From Octopus bimaculoides (lineage: Eukaryota), in contig NC_068981.1 in the NCBI RefSeq assembly GCF_001194135.2, positions 135,491,174 through 135,545,136 of the forward strand: a DNA stretch of 53,963 nucleotides. The letters are read 5' to 3'. The position numbers and the translations under genes are program-made. Positions 25,184 through 36,287 of this stretch are shown here, piece by piece. The first letter of the stretch is position 1. Each line of letters opens with the position of its first letter. The notes beneath the pieces were generated by a model that worked only from the letters and a program-made list of their open reading frames with translations, made no database searches and was not told the DNA's origin.

Positions 25184-25659
25184 GTCCATAAAGGGTTTTT
25201 GGGGGTCCGCGCAACAAATAAGTAAATTGGGGGATCTACAATAATATTTTAAGGTCTCACGAAAAAAATTTTCATTGGTATTTATTGCAAGAAACAGATA
25301 AGTTTCTTTCCCTAACATTTTCATAGTTGTACCTACACAAGTTAATGTGTGAATAACAAAATAGAAATTTCGAAAGAAGTTTCTATAAAACTAATTTTTA
25401 AGCATTGAATGACTAGGGAAGTCCACCAGAATAAAATAGTAATCAAAAAGATCCATAAATAAAAAAAATGGTCTATCACAGGTATACTCCTAGCACAGAA
25501 ACATCTAAAGAAAGAAATAGGTTCCGAACATCACATCCCTCCTTATTTAGACGTTGCTACCGATACTGGCAAAATCTTTTTAACGTTGATAGAAACACAC
25601 TTACCTACTAATTACTGGTACAGAAAACTTTTTAATAAACGCAAGTTTTAGATGCGCCC
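25184..25659 (+). other. Apparently identical 476-bp duplicate of 24319-24794 across an N gap
   Basis: Both copies abut the same gap. Likely an unmerged contig overlap. Confidence 0.85.
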
Positions 25660-26135
25660 CAACCCCCAAAGCCTAGTTTCACACAAATATACACCACCTA
25701 GAGAAGCCGGCTGTTCTTGTAGAAATAGAGTGTTGTGCCCACTGGATAGAGCCTGTAATATCCAGTTTATAACATGAAGCGTCAGTAAGAGCAACTAATA
25801 CAGACAACATTATGAGGTACGTGGAGCATTAGAAAGATAACTTTAAAGCAAGATACAATAAGCTTTACTTTAGAAAATGGAGCAAATGCAACACCACAAA
25901 GCTCTCCAGTTACATTTAGGATTTGAAAGAGAGGCCCATCCACAACTTCATCAGATAGAAGATCTTAAAAAGATGCAAACCTTACATCAATAATAGCAGA
26001 AGATGCAGGTCTGTAATGTAGAAAAGTGGCTTATTCTGAAGAGCTCACTGGACCCTAGCTCTTATTTAAATGCCAAAAGCGAAACTTTTGAAATCTAGCC
26101 GCACGCCATGAGGTACATCCTTAAATTTTGATCTC
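25480..26135 (+). mobile_element. Penelope-like element relic (RT C-terminus and GIY-YIG)
   Basis: PYLDVATDTGKIFLTLIETHLP...RKLFNK; GCSCRNRVLCPLDRAC; NFKARYN...TKLSSYI*DLK...KILKRCKPY...YLNAKSE. Confidence 0.8.
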
Positions 26136-26760
26136 CTAATGCACATGATCAGCCAGAGGCTCCGTGAACTTTTATACTGTATACTAGTTACTATTATTTT
26201 TATTATATTTATTAATTTTTATTTTATTTATACGAACAGTATTAATCTTATTAATTCATATAGAATTATGTAGGCGTACATAGATTTGCGAGTGCGTATG
26301 GGTATCATGTGTATGTGTGTGTATTAGTGTGTACCAACAGCTATGTATGTAGATTTATTTTTGATAATTTTATATCTTTCTGTTCCTTTATATTCGTAAT
26401 CTTTTATAAAATTTTACGAGTATTCACCATCTACCGCCTACTACCAAACATTTAAATTCATATTCTACACATTTCTAAATTTTTCAGATATTTTTTCATA
26501 TTAATAATTTTTATTCATTTCATACACACACACACAAACATCTATATATATATATATGTACACACACACACACATCTATACATACTGTCATGGGAGGGTC
26601 ATTATTATATATATAATATATATATTTTTAGGAGGAACTGTATATATATTTCCTCCTAAAACACACGTACACGTACAATTTTATTTACTCAATTTTAAAT
26701 ACTTTTAGCTAACTCCGTGTTCGTTTTTTTAAATATACATATATATGGTGTACACACACG

Positions 26761-26793
<33 letters not shown>

Positions 26794-27146
26794 GTGTCTG
26801 TGTGTATGTGTGTGGATGTATAAGCATGCATATATATGTGTGTGTTTACATATACATATACTCCACAATGTTATAAAGCGCAGAAGGCTCATTTTATATC
26901 ATGTATTGTTATTTAATAACATGTTTTATTTTATTACAAATTACCCGTTATTATTATGTTATATTATATCATATTAAACTACATCAATCTATTTCATTTT
27001 ATTTTATATATATTCAAATTTAATTTTAATCACACACCATCTTCATGTATATATAACGATTTTACCAAAGAAAAACCCCACCAAAATCTCACAATTATCT
27101 CCAGCAAAGTTGTTCCCTTGAACAATTACATGGTTCTCTTGGATCT

Positions 27147-27260
27147 TTCTTCTTCTTCTTCTTCTTCTTCTTCTTCTTCTTCTTCTTCTTCTTCTTCTTC
27201 TTCTTCTTCTTCTTCTTCTTCTTCTTCTTCTTCTTCTTCTTCTTCTTCTTCTTCTTCTTC
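27147..27260. repeat. (TTC)n microsatellite
   Basis: Seen directly. Confidence 0.95.
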
Positions 27261-27531
27261 TCTCTCTCTCTCTCTCTCCTTCTCTCACTCCTTTCTCTGG
27301 AGGAAATTGGCTATATTCAAAACCGGAGTCAGTTGGGCTCCACCACGTTTTAAAATGCCTGAGTCCATATCGTATTTTACAACGGTATTCCTATAACTCC
27401 CACAAAAGCTTTTAAGGCACCAGGGAAGTTTAAAGCACTCTAAAAGCCATCCTGCAGTCTGGGAGCTGTGTTCATTATGCTTCACTTATGCTAGTTAACG
27501 GGATCAAATTATGTTGGAGTTATCCCTATAA

Positions 27532-27685
27532 CAGGCGTGGCTTCGTGGTAAGAAGTTTGCTTCCCAACTACATGGTTCTAGATTCAGTCCCACTGCGTGG
27601 AATCTTGGGAAAGTATCTTCTACTATAGCCTCGGGTAGACCTTGTGAGTGGATTTGGTAGAAAGAAACTGAAAGAAGCCCGTCAT
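27532..27685 (+). mobile_element. SINE family B head
   Basis: CAGGCGTGGC...GATTCAGTCCCACTGCGTGG...ACTATAGCCTCGGG...GAAACTGAAAGAAGCCCGTC. Confidence 0.85.
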
Positions 27686-27759
27686 GACAATTAAAAAAAA
27701 ACTCAGGATCAGGTAGAGGAAGGCCTTCCCTCAGGGAAACATATGACGTGCTGCTGCAA

Positions 27760-28010
27760 AATCCGAAAGGATATGTCACACCTTAGGGAAACCAACTTCC
27801 TGCATTACACGTTAAGCCCTGACCTGAAACTCACAAGAAAGGCGGAAGAGAGGGCGCTGTAAAAATAGCTGGAGGCGAGATACTGAGGCAGAGTTGGAAG
27901 AATAAAAACAGGTATCCACACGGAGAGGAGCAAAAATGACAACCAAGAGTTGGGAACAGTGGAGAAAAGTCGTCGATGGTCTATGCCCTATAGAGAGAGA
28001 AGGGCTTAAG
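27760..28010 (+). mobile_element. RTE LINE ORF2 C-terminal relic
   Basis: ITR*ALT*NSQERRKRGRCKNSWRRDTEAEL...WRKVVDGLCP. Confidence 0.8.
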
Positions 28011-28579
28011 TAAAGATTTTATTTCAGTTTATTAGAATTTATGTTCTCAAGCTTCCTACATGAAGTATGCTAGTCAACATTTAATTATATCATTTAAGCT
28101 TCAAAGTGCAAATAACGTCCTGCTAGATCCCAGTAATTACACAACGAATTCAATCTAAATAGCTGTTTCTTATACATTGTTCTAGCGACGTGTCTTACGA
28201 CAAACAAATATGGTAACGAAGTAACAAATCTATCTCTTGCAAAATATTCATTCCATAAGGAAAGAATCCAAAGAAATTCAATGGCTTTTTTTTCTATCTT
28301 GTATTCATCGCATCACTCAAAAATGCAACACTTAATGCCACGAATTAAAGACAATAAAATTCTTTAAAATGTCAAACTGCATATAGTAAATGTATTAATG
28401 TTTATCAATAAGAACACCATGCATAAATTGCAATATATTATCTCTGTTATACAAATTCTTTTTATATTAAAAGAAATATTTATTGACAGCAGCAGCAGCA
28501 ACCACCACCACCACAACAACAACAACAACAACAGTAGCAGCAGCAACAACAACAACAACAACAGCAACAACAACACAAA

Positions 28580-28766
28580 ACTAGCGGGGCCCGTGAATAT
28601 TCCACGGAATTAATGGTAAACGTATTGGGTTATTTCTGAAAACTTTATCCCCAGAACCTGAAGGAGTAGCCTGTGTTGTTTCTATATCAAAAGACGCTCG
28701 TCTGCTAATTATTGGAAAGTGAAGGAAACTGGAATACGATGATTACTTAATGCACTTTATATATAC
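28580..28766 (+). mobile_element. Possible Helitron-like non-autonomous element
   Basis: 5' ACTAGC followed by hairpin CCGTG-AATATTC-CACGG, and 3' CTTTATATATA. Resembles the ends of short Helitron/Helentron derivatives. Confidence 0.35.
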
Positions 28767-29097
28767 ACTTTATACACTTTATGCACACTTTTCTAGACTT
28801 AATACAAAGCACTCCCTCTCTTTCTTTCTCACTCTTTCCCTTTTCCTTCAACTAATCACATGAAAACGTTACAGATGGGCTAAGTAAATGGAGAAAAAAA
28901 CTTAGTTAAAAGAATTACACATTTCACTCACCACCACCATTCCCTCCCCATATCTACCTCTCTCCTCTGCAAATCTCTCTCCCCCATCCTATCCCCATAT
29001 CTCCCCTCCTCCACATATCTCCCCTCCCCCACATATCTCCCTTCCCCCATACCTTACTCTCCTCTCCCCATATCTCCTCCTCTCCACCCCATATCTC

Positions 29098-29534
29098 GGA
29101 TCTTTTCAGTCTGACCGACAGACTTTTTAATTAATTTTTTAAAACTAAACACTTTGAAACTTCGGATACTGGCAGAATGTGTCACATAGAACGGTTTACT
29201 TTTAACGTTTTTGACAAAATTTTGTATTTTAGAAGTTATTTCGTGTTAAAGTTTTCGTATTTAGATAATTTTAACCAAACAATGGCGTGTATTCAGCTGA
29301 AGAAAATTACTGCTGCTGTTTGCGAACAGTAACTTCCGAGTCCACTCCACCTAACAAAACACTTCTGTAATAACCAGAGATGCTTTTATAGCAACATAGA
29401 TTTGCTGTATCAGGGTTGATTTGAGGCTAAAACGCTAAGAGTAAACCCTGTTTTATGTGACAGCATCCGAAGTTTCAAAGTGTTTAGTTAAAAAAAATTA
29501 ATTAAAAAATCTGTCAGTCAGATGGAAAAGACCC
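29098..29534. mobile_element. Second GGATCTTTT MITE with 8-bp TSD
   Basis: About 75-bp TIRs (GGATCTTTTCAGTCTGACCGACAG / CTGTCAGTCAGATGGAAAAGACCC). TSD CATATCTC at 29090-29097 and 29535-29542. Internal segments homologous to 19317-20043. Confidence 0.88.
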
Positions 29535-29859
29535 CATATCTCCCCTCCCTCCATATGTCCCCCTTATTTATTATAAGATAATGATTTCAAATTTCGGCAC
29601 AGGGCTAGCAATATCTCGGCAGAATTTGAACTCACAGAACAGAGAAATGGAACGAATATGGCTTTAGTAACTCTGTCAGTTTGCTATATTGTATTCAGGT
29701 CTTAATATGAAATTTTCGATCCCTGTCTCATGCAGTCCATTCCAGTAGTTCTTCAGAAACTTTTTTTTTTTTTTACCATATATCAATACACCATACTTGA
29801 AAGAAAACAACAACAGCAACCACAAAAAAAACAGCTGCTACAACAATTACGAACGCCTT

Positions 29860-30684
29860 TGTAGCAGGACTCGAAAATTCGTGTTGCCACATTGCAGTTT
29901 TCAAGTCCCGACATAACGGCTTGAACATGTGTAAAGCTGAGTTTTCAGCCAATCAGAAGTCAGACATCATGTGAAAGATGATTCTGGAAGGTGCTGGAAT
30001 GTTTCCCTCTACGGTTATAAATAAAGTAGCAAAAGGTACCAGTATGCAGTGTTAGAGACGTCCGGCCGGAACGTTGTCTCCATTCTCGCCAAACTACAGT
30101 GTGCTCTTAAGAGCAGTACGAAATACACACTCTTTCTTAGTCATTCTAATAGCTATGTGCTTAACCAACATGCGATTGCAAGGCAGACATGACACAGCGC
30201 ATGCATATTTATTCGTTGTTTTTAATCCAACCCCAGTGGTATATTTTGAATAGCCAGCCTTTTGTATGCTGTATTATGCTATTTTCATCTTGGTACTTCA
30301 ACGTAGGAGGAGGGGGATCCAGGATTTTGTTTGGGTGTTGCCCAAAAGTTTTTTTGGGGTTTTGCATTCTAGCGAGTAGGTCGGGCAACACTTAGTAGGT
30401 CCAGCAACTCATATTCTAGTAAGAGTTGCCTCTCTTCTCCTTGATGGTTGCCCGGGAAACCTTCGTCCCGATTTTTTTTGGTGTCGGCTCGGCTAGAAAG
30501 GCTTTTGCCCGGACTACTTGGGTAACACTCCTGCATCCGCCACTGCTACGTGTATATTTGTAATGCATGAACATCTTATAACTTGAGCAACGATAATAAC
30601 CCATGTTTAAATGTTTGCTTGGTGTTGTTTAGTTATTATACGCAGCCTACCCAAATATTCATTGCCCACCTAACCAAACCCACA
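29860..30684 (+). mobile_element. Candidate 5' LTR of a gypsy retrotransposon (contains a MITE)
   Basis: TGTAG...CCACA termini, CCAAT at about 29948, TATAAATA at about 30015, and a PBS 2 nt downstream. No partner LTR seen. Confidence 0.55.
30308..30545. mobile_element. Small MITE with degenerate CAGTGGCGGATSCAGGA-type TIRs
   Basis: Right end TCCTGCATCCGCCACTG, left GGATCCAGGA, internal GGGCAAC/GTTGCCC repeats. Confidence 0.45.
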
Positions 30685-30686
30685 TT

Positions 30687-30701
30687 TGGTGAACCCGACG
30701 T
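30687..30701 (+). promoter_or_regulatory. tRNA-Trp-type primer-binding site
   Basis: TGGTGAACCCGACGT versus TGGTGACCCCGACGT, the complement of the eukaryotic tRNA-Trp 3' end (1 mismatch). Confidence 0.7.
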
Positions 30702-30717
30702 TTGACACAAGCTAAAC

Positions 30718-30733
30718 TGGTGAACTCGACGTG
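30718..30733 (+). promoter_or_regulatory. Second PBS-like copy
   Basis: TGGTGAACTCGACGTG, 31 bp downstream of the first. Confidence 0.55.
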
Positions 30734-31085
30734 CTATTCACACAGTTGCATCTAACAGGAAAACAACAGCACAGATGTGATCCCAACAACATTGGCACAC
30801 ACCGGCAAACAACACCTTCTACTCTGATAGCTGTAACGCTATGAAACAGCTGTCGTATCGTTAGATGGATATCTTCACTGAGAAGATACCTAATTATTTA
30901 GCCTACTTATATTACTAAACGAATAGGTTTTTGTTGAGCTTCCAAACGTGTTATATTTACGGCGACCGCCTTCGCTGACTTAAATGACTTATTAGTTTTA
31001 AATGACTTATTAAGAAAGCCACCATTCGACAATAGAGTACTTTGTCTATCGGTCCGTCCATCTATCCGTTTATTTGTCGCTATAT

Positions 31086-31361
31086 TGTAAGTGTTTCCTG
31101 TATAAGAGGCGACAATTATGCCGAAACATCGTGTCTAGTAGTCCACTTATATTACTTGGAGCAAGTGTATTGTTTACATATAGTGTCGTCGTCTATAAAG
31201 AGAAGTAGTTCTCTGATAAGAGACCCAACAGCGAACAGACAGTATCACGTTTGAATGTAGAGGAACGTGATAAAAATGAATAAACGCATCAATATTTTGA
31301 TACTCGCTGCTTTGCGTGCTTGTGAGGATTTAATCTTGTCTTTTTTCTCCTCTTAAATTCA
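31086..31361 (+). mobile_element. Possible solo LTR
   Basis: TGTAAG start, CTATAAAG, AATAAA, ...TTCA end. No TSD found. Confidence 0.3.
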
Positions 31362-31364
31362 TAG

Positions 31365-31441
<77 letters not shown>

Positions 31442-32229
31442 ACACACACACACACACATATAGACATACAAACACATGTATCTATCTATCTATCTATCGA
31501 TTGATCGATAGAAATATATGTTTAAATACTTATATGCTGCGCAAAAAAAGAAAAGAGAACAGTAAAACAAATCAAAATCGAAAGTAAAATACAAAATAGA
31601 GGGAAACGGGAAAACATTCTCACACATAACACAAATCAGAAACTATAAAACATAATGCCTTTATATAATACAGGAACAAACAGTTCAGAGAACGTATATG
31701 TAGTAGACTGTAAAATATGACATTCATTTATAGAAGAAATTATATAGATTTGAGAATATTTGTTCACGATAGTAGCTTCTAATAGTTAGTCGTTGTGGTC
31801 GTTAGTGCTCAGTGCAATGTAAAAACTGATTCAGCCTTTCATCATTTTATGGTCGAATAAAAAGTACCAACCAAGTGTTCGTGTAGGTATCTCTCTCTCT
31901 CTCTCTCTCCCCCCCTCTCTCTCTCTCTCTCTCCAGCTGTCATATTCCGGATGTTCCGTTGAGTCGAAGGCGAGAGGGTCGTCTGCTCGTTCCTACACAC
32001 GACGGAGCGAAACGGTTAGAAGCAGCTGTTTGGAGACGGACGATTTGAATCGGCCGGATGGAAATTCAGTCTGTTTTGGTGACAGTACTTTCTGGACGCT
32101 AGAGGAAAATACATAGATTCACTCGAAACACCCTAGGCGTCTTGTGTTATAGCCCTGGGCTGACTAACGCCTTGTTAGTGAATTTACTTGATGGAGATTG
32201 TTTGGAAGCCTGTCATGTGTATATCTGTG

Positions 32230-32465
32230 TATGTGTATATATGTGTATATATATGTGTATATTTGTGCTTATGTTTTTTCCCTCATCGCTTGACAACCGT
32301 TATTGCTCGTTTGCGCCAGCGTAACTTAGTGGTTTGGTAAAAGAGACCGACAGAGTAAGTACAAGGCTTAGAAGAAAATACGTTCTGGGTTCGATTCGTT
32401 CGACTAAACCATTCAAAGTGCTGCCCCGGCATGGCCTCAGTCATAAAAGAAGGCAAAACTAAAAG
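32230..32465 (+). mobile_element. SINE family B tail
   Basis: CATCGCTTGACAACCG...AAAAGAGACCGA...CAGCATGG-like end. Confidence 0.8.
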
Positions 32466-32700
32466 GTGCTGCAATGGTATATAGTGGAATTTGTTGCACT
32501 CTACAATGGAATGTAATGCATTAACAGTGCAGTCTGACGTTGATGAGGATGTTAGTGCTGGTCATCAGTGACTGGACATACTTATAATAAAAGGTGTTCC
32601 TGCAATGATCATGTCTGTCTTATATATTCTTCTAGACAACATCTCTCAGTCTACTTCATCTAATCCCTATTTCTTTTTTATTACTGAAGACTGAAGATTA

Positions 32701-33430
32701 AGGCGGCGTGCTGGTAGAATCGTCAGTACGCCGGGCAAAATGCTTAGCAGCATTTCGTCCGTCTTTATGTTCTGAGTTCAAAATCTGCCGAGGTCTACTC
32801 TGCCTTTCATCCTTTCGGGGTCAATGAAATAAGTACCAGTGGAACACTGTAGTCAATGTAACCGACGAACCTCTCCCCAAAATTTCAGGCCATGTGCCTA
32901 TAGCAGAATGAATTATTAAATACAGTAGATTAAGGCGGCGAGCTGTTAGAATCGTTAGCACTCTGGGCAAAATGCTCAGCGGCATTTCGTCTGTCTTCGC
33001 GTTCGTCGTTCAAAATCCGAAGTAGACCTTGTCTTTTATCATTTCGGGGGTCGATAAATTAAGTACCAGTTAAATACTGGAGTCGATGTAATCGAGTATC
33101 CCCTTCCCCTAATATTTCAAGCTTTGTGCCTATAGTAGAAAGGATTATTAAAGACAATCGAAAGGCGGCGAGCTGCAGTATCGTTAGCATGCCGGACGAA
33201 ATGCTTAGCGGTATTTCGTCCGTCATTACGTTCTGAGTTCAAATTCCGCCGAGGCCGACTTTGCCTTTCATCCTTTCAGTGTCAATGAAATAAGTATCAG
33301 TTACGCACTGGGGTCTATGAAATCGACTCTCCCCTTCCCCCAAATTTCAAGCCTTGTGCCTATAGTAGAAAAGAATCGTTAGCAAGTCGGAAAAATGCTT
33401 AGTGCCATTCCGTCAGATTCCGTCGAATTG
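32701..33430 (+). mobile_element. Head-to-tail array of three full SINE-A copies and one partial
   Basis: AGGCGGCG starts at 32701, 32933 and 33163. Each unit ends GTGCCTATAG(C/T)AGAA. A fourth unit begins GAATCGTTAGCA at about 33374. Confidence 0.9.
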
Positions 33431-33852
33431 TTTTGGAGATCAGTTGATCAGTGTATGTGAATGTTTTATTTAAATTTGTGGGGAAAAGGAGAACACATAT
33501 GAATCAATACGAAACCTGCAGTTCTTGTATTCTGGTTTGTATTTATGATCATATGAGTACTGAGCTGTGTAGCAAGAAATTTGCATAAAATACCCAGTTA
33601 TTTAGTGATTTCTAAGAAAGAAATCAGCAAATTATCTCGCTTTCAACAGATTTAATCGATTAGTATTACTGCTATTACAGTCAAGATTTGTACAACATTC
33701 TTAATATTCTCCATTTGAGTTTCCTGGAATTAACACATACACGAATCATATAGATGCATACATATAGGCTAATAACACACACACTTGCACTAAAAAAACG
33801 TGCACTCATTACAAGAGTGAAAGTATATTAATGCATACCCCTATATGTATAT

Positions 33853-33893
<41 letters not shown>

Positions 33894-33896
<3 letters not shown>

Positions 33897-33955
33897 AGTA
33901 GGCTAGAGCGCCATTCTAGTAACCTGGGAATCGAGTGTTCGAGTCCCTCCGGCCC
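33894..33955 (+). pseudogene. tRNA-Thr(AGT) pseudogene, 5' end replaced by (CA)n
   Basis: CTCAGTAGGCTAGAGCGCCATTCTAGTAACCTGGGAATCGAGTGTTCGAGTCCCTCCGGCC is colinear with the gene at 34258. Anticodon and acceptor stems are broken. Confidence 0.8.
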
Positions 33956-34257
33956 TTTGTTTTTCTGAAATAGTTTTTTGTCTTTGATTGGTACAAACAT
34001 TGCTTTCTAAAATGCACACAGATTTACAAGCTTTTGCGGTGGCATATAATCGATTATACTGATCTTAGTATTTGGCTGTTTCTTGATTTTAATGAAACCG
34101 GAGGGGATGAAAATCAAAATAGACGTGGGCGGGATTTGAACACAGAACTGTATCTAAATATCTTAACTCCCACGTAATGATTTATTGTAATTTTCTAAAG
34201 TAATAATTGAAGACATAATAATAATAATAATAATAATTTAAGCTATTTTCACAACCT

Positions 34258-34331
34258 GGCTCCGTAGCTCAGTTGGTTAGAGCGCCAGTCTAGTAAACTG
34301 GAGGTCGAGTGTTCAAATCCCTCCGGAGCCT
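34258..34331 (+). tRNA. tRNA-Thr(AGT)
   Basis: 74-nt cloverleaf: GGCTCCG/CGGAGCC acceptor, GCTC/GAGC D stem, CCAGT-CTAGTAA-ACTGG anticodon arm, TTCAAAT T loop. One U52-C62 mismatch in the T stem. Confidence 0.88.
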
Positions 34332-34352
34332 AAACATTTATAGAAGGTGTTA

Positions 34353-34361
34353 TTTTTTTTT
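34353..34361 (+). terminator. Pol III T-run terminator
   Basis: T9 located 22 nt downstream of the tRNA. Confidence 0.65.
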
Positions 34362-34974
34362 ATCATGCAAAGCAGACAATATTGATACGTATATTGATTT
34401 CTGAAGTGCTTACAAAGCTACGAACGTTTGAGGTGATATAAAGGCAGGTCCTCATGTCAGTTGTTGTTATGGAAACCTACTCATTTTGAAAGATCCCATT
34501 TTACGTATATTGGTCAGTTGGAACAAGATACTGAGACTACTTAGAAAAAATTCTCCTTTTAAGGATGGTCTTGTGCCTTACTCGTTGTGAGCGACCGAAG
34601 AAAAGAGTAAAAAATTCACTCACTGACTCATGCCTTTCTTGTAATCTCTGATACTAAAACAGAGTTAAAATAATATAAGAATTGACACAATGCAACACAT
34701 TTTAGGGAAAGAATATTGTCGATTAAATGAACAAAATTACTTGGTTGGAATATATTTATATGACCCCTGGGAGGATAAAAAACAAACTGAAACTCTGCAG
34801 AAATTGAACTCAAAACATCAATGGCCTTACCTAAATGCCATAAAACATTAATTTCGACATTCTACTAACTGTTCAATTCATGTTTAAAGATATAAATATT
34901 AGAGTAATTCAAAAACTACACGCGCTCCTGTTTCTGTAATTTATTAAAACAAAAACAGAAGTTAAACAATTATA

Positions 34975-36000
34975 TCATTTTTCGACATAGTCTCCTTGCT
35001 GTTCGATGCACTACTTCTCGTGGACCATCAACTTGCTTATTCTATTGAGAAGATGGTTTTCGGCTGGTTACGCAGCCATTTATGCACTGCTTCAGGTGCT
35101 TCTTCGTACGTAGCAAATCGACGATCTCGTAAAAACTTTTTGAGCAGTCTAAAGGAGTGATAATCGGAAGGGCGAGATCTGTAATGTATGCAGGATTTTC
35201 CAGCAACTAGAGACCCAATTTTTCAATGATTCCAACGGCGTGGGCGTCCGTATGTGGGAGTGCATTGTCGCGCAAAAGAAACACTTGCTTTGATTTCGGC
35301 GTTTCGTGCGAATTACTAGTTTCAGTTTGTTGGCTAACATTGCACTGAAACCTACACAGGTGACCGTAGAGCTCTTTTTTAAGTAATGTTCCAGCATAGA
35401 TCCTTTTGTGCCCCCCTCCCCACCAAAAAGGAAAAAAAAACGTTTAGCGTCATTTTTTCTGATGATTCCGAGTGTTTCCGCCCCATACTCTGATTTTTAG
35501 ATTAGGATTCAAAATGTTGGAACCAGGTCTCATCTCCTGTGACTATTCCTCCCCACAAAAGGCTTCGCCCTCACAGTTGTATTGGTCGACTAAGCGTTGA
35601 CAGATCTCCACACGATTGCGCAAGCTCTCTTGGTATCCATTTCGCACAAAGCTTATCGTGGATGATTATCTATACAGAACCATGACTAATTTGCTGAGAG
35701 CATGCCACCGCATCGATGGTTACTCGTCGATTCACCAGAATCTCTCTCGAGCTGGTTGAATCTTCACGTTAGCAGCAGAGGTTGATGGGCATCTTGGTCC
35801 CTCTTCGTGCTTAACGCTTGTTCTGTCACTTTTAAACTTCTCGATTCACTCATACACACTTCTACATGGTGGAGCACTGTCCCTGTATTGTACTGAAAGC
35901 CTGAGATGAATTACAGCTCCTGAGACACCAAAGAAATCGGATCACAGATCTCTGTTCTTCTTTGATGCAAAATGCCAGCAAAGCAGCAATGTTATGCGTA
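34975..36000 (-). mobile_element. Near-full-length decayed mariner transposase
   Basis: EEQRSVIRFLW, VYE*IEKFK...NRRVTID, ICQRLVDQY..EGEAF, LLRDNALPHT, PAYITDLA, and terminal KCIEQQGDYVEK*. Many stops and frameshifts. Confidence 0.9.
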
Positions 36001-36226
36001 TANNNNNNNNNNNNNNNNNNNNNNNNNNNNNNNNNNNNNNNNNNNNNNNNNNNNNNNNNNNNNNNNNNNNNNNNNNNNNNNNNNNNNNNNNNNNNNNNNN
36101 NNNNNNNNNNNNNNNNNNNNNNNNNNNNNNNNNNNNNNNNNNNNNNNNNNNNNNNNNNNNNNNNNNNATATCTGTATGTTTGCCTGTGCGTGTGTGTACA
36201 CACACACATATATGCATAAATTTACA

Positions 36227-36287
<61 letters not shown>

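Noticed and set aside
26037-26095. CTGAAGA...GAAAC, as a possible hammerhead
   Set aside because: It lies inside PLE coding sequence and the spacing and stems do not fit.
31098-31140. GGC/GCC stem, GAAAC and GTC, as a possible hammerhead
   Set aside because: The CUGANGA core is interrupted (CTGTATAAGA) and stem I is absent. An LTR-like context explains the segment as well.
32701-33430. Repeat-spacer array, as a possible CRISPR
   Set aside because: The units are 215-bp tRNA-derived SINEs in a eukaryotic genome, and there are no cas genes.
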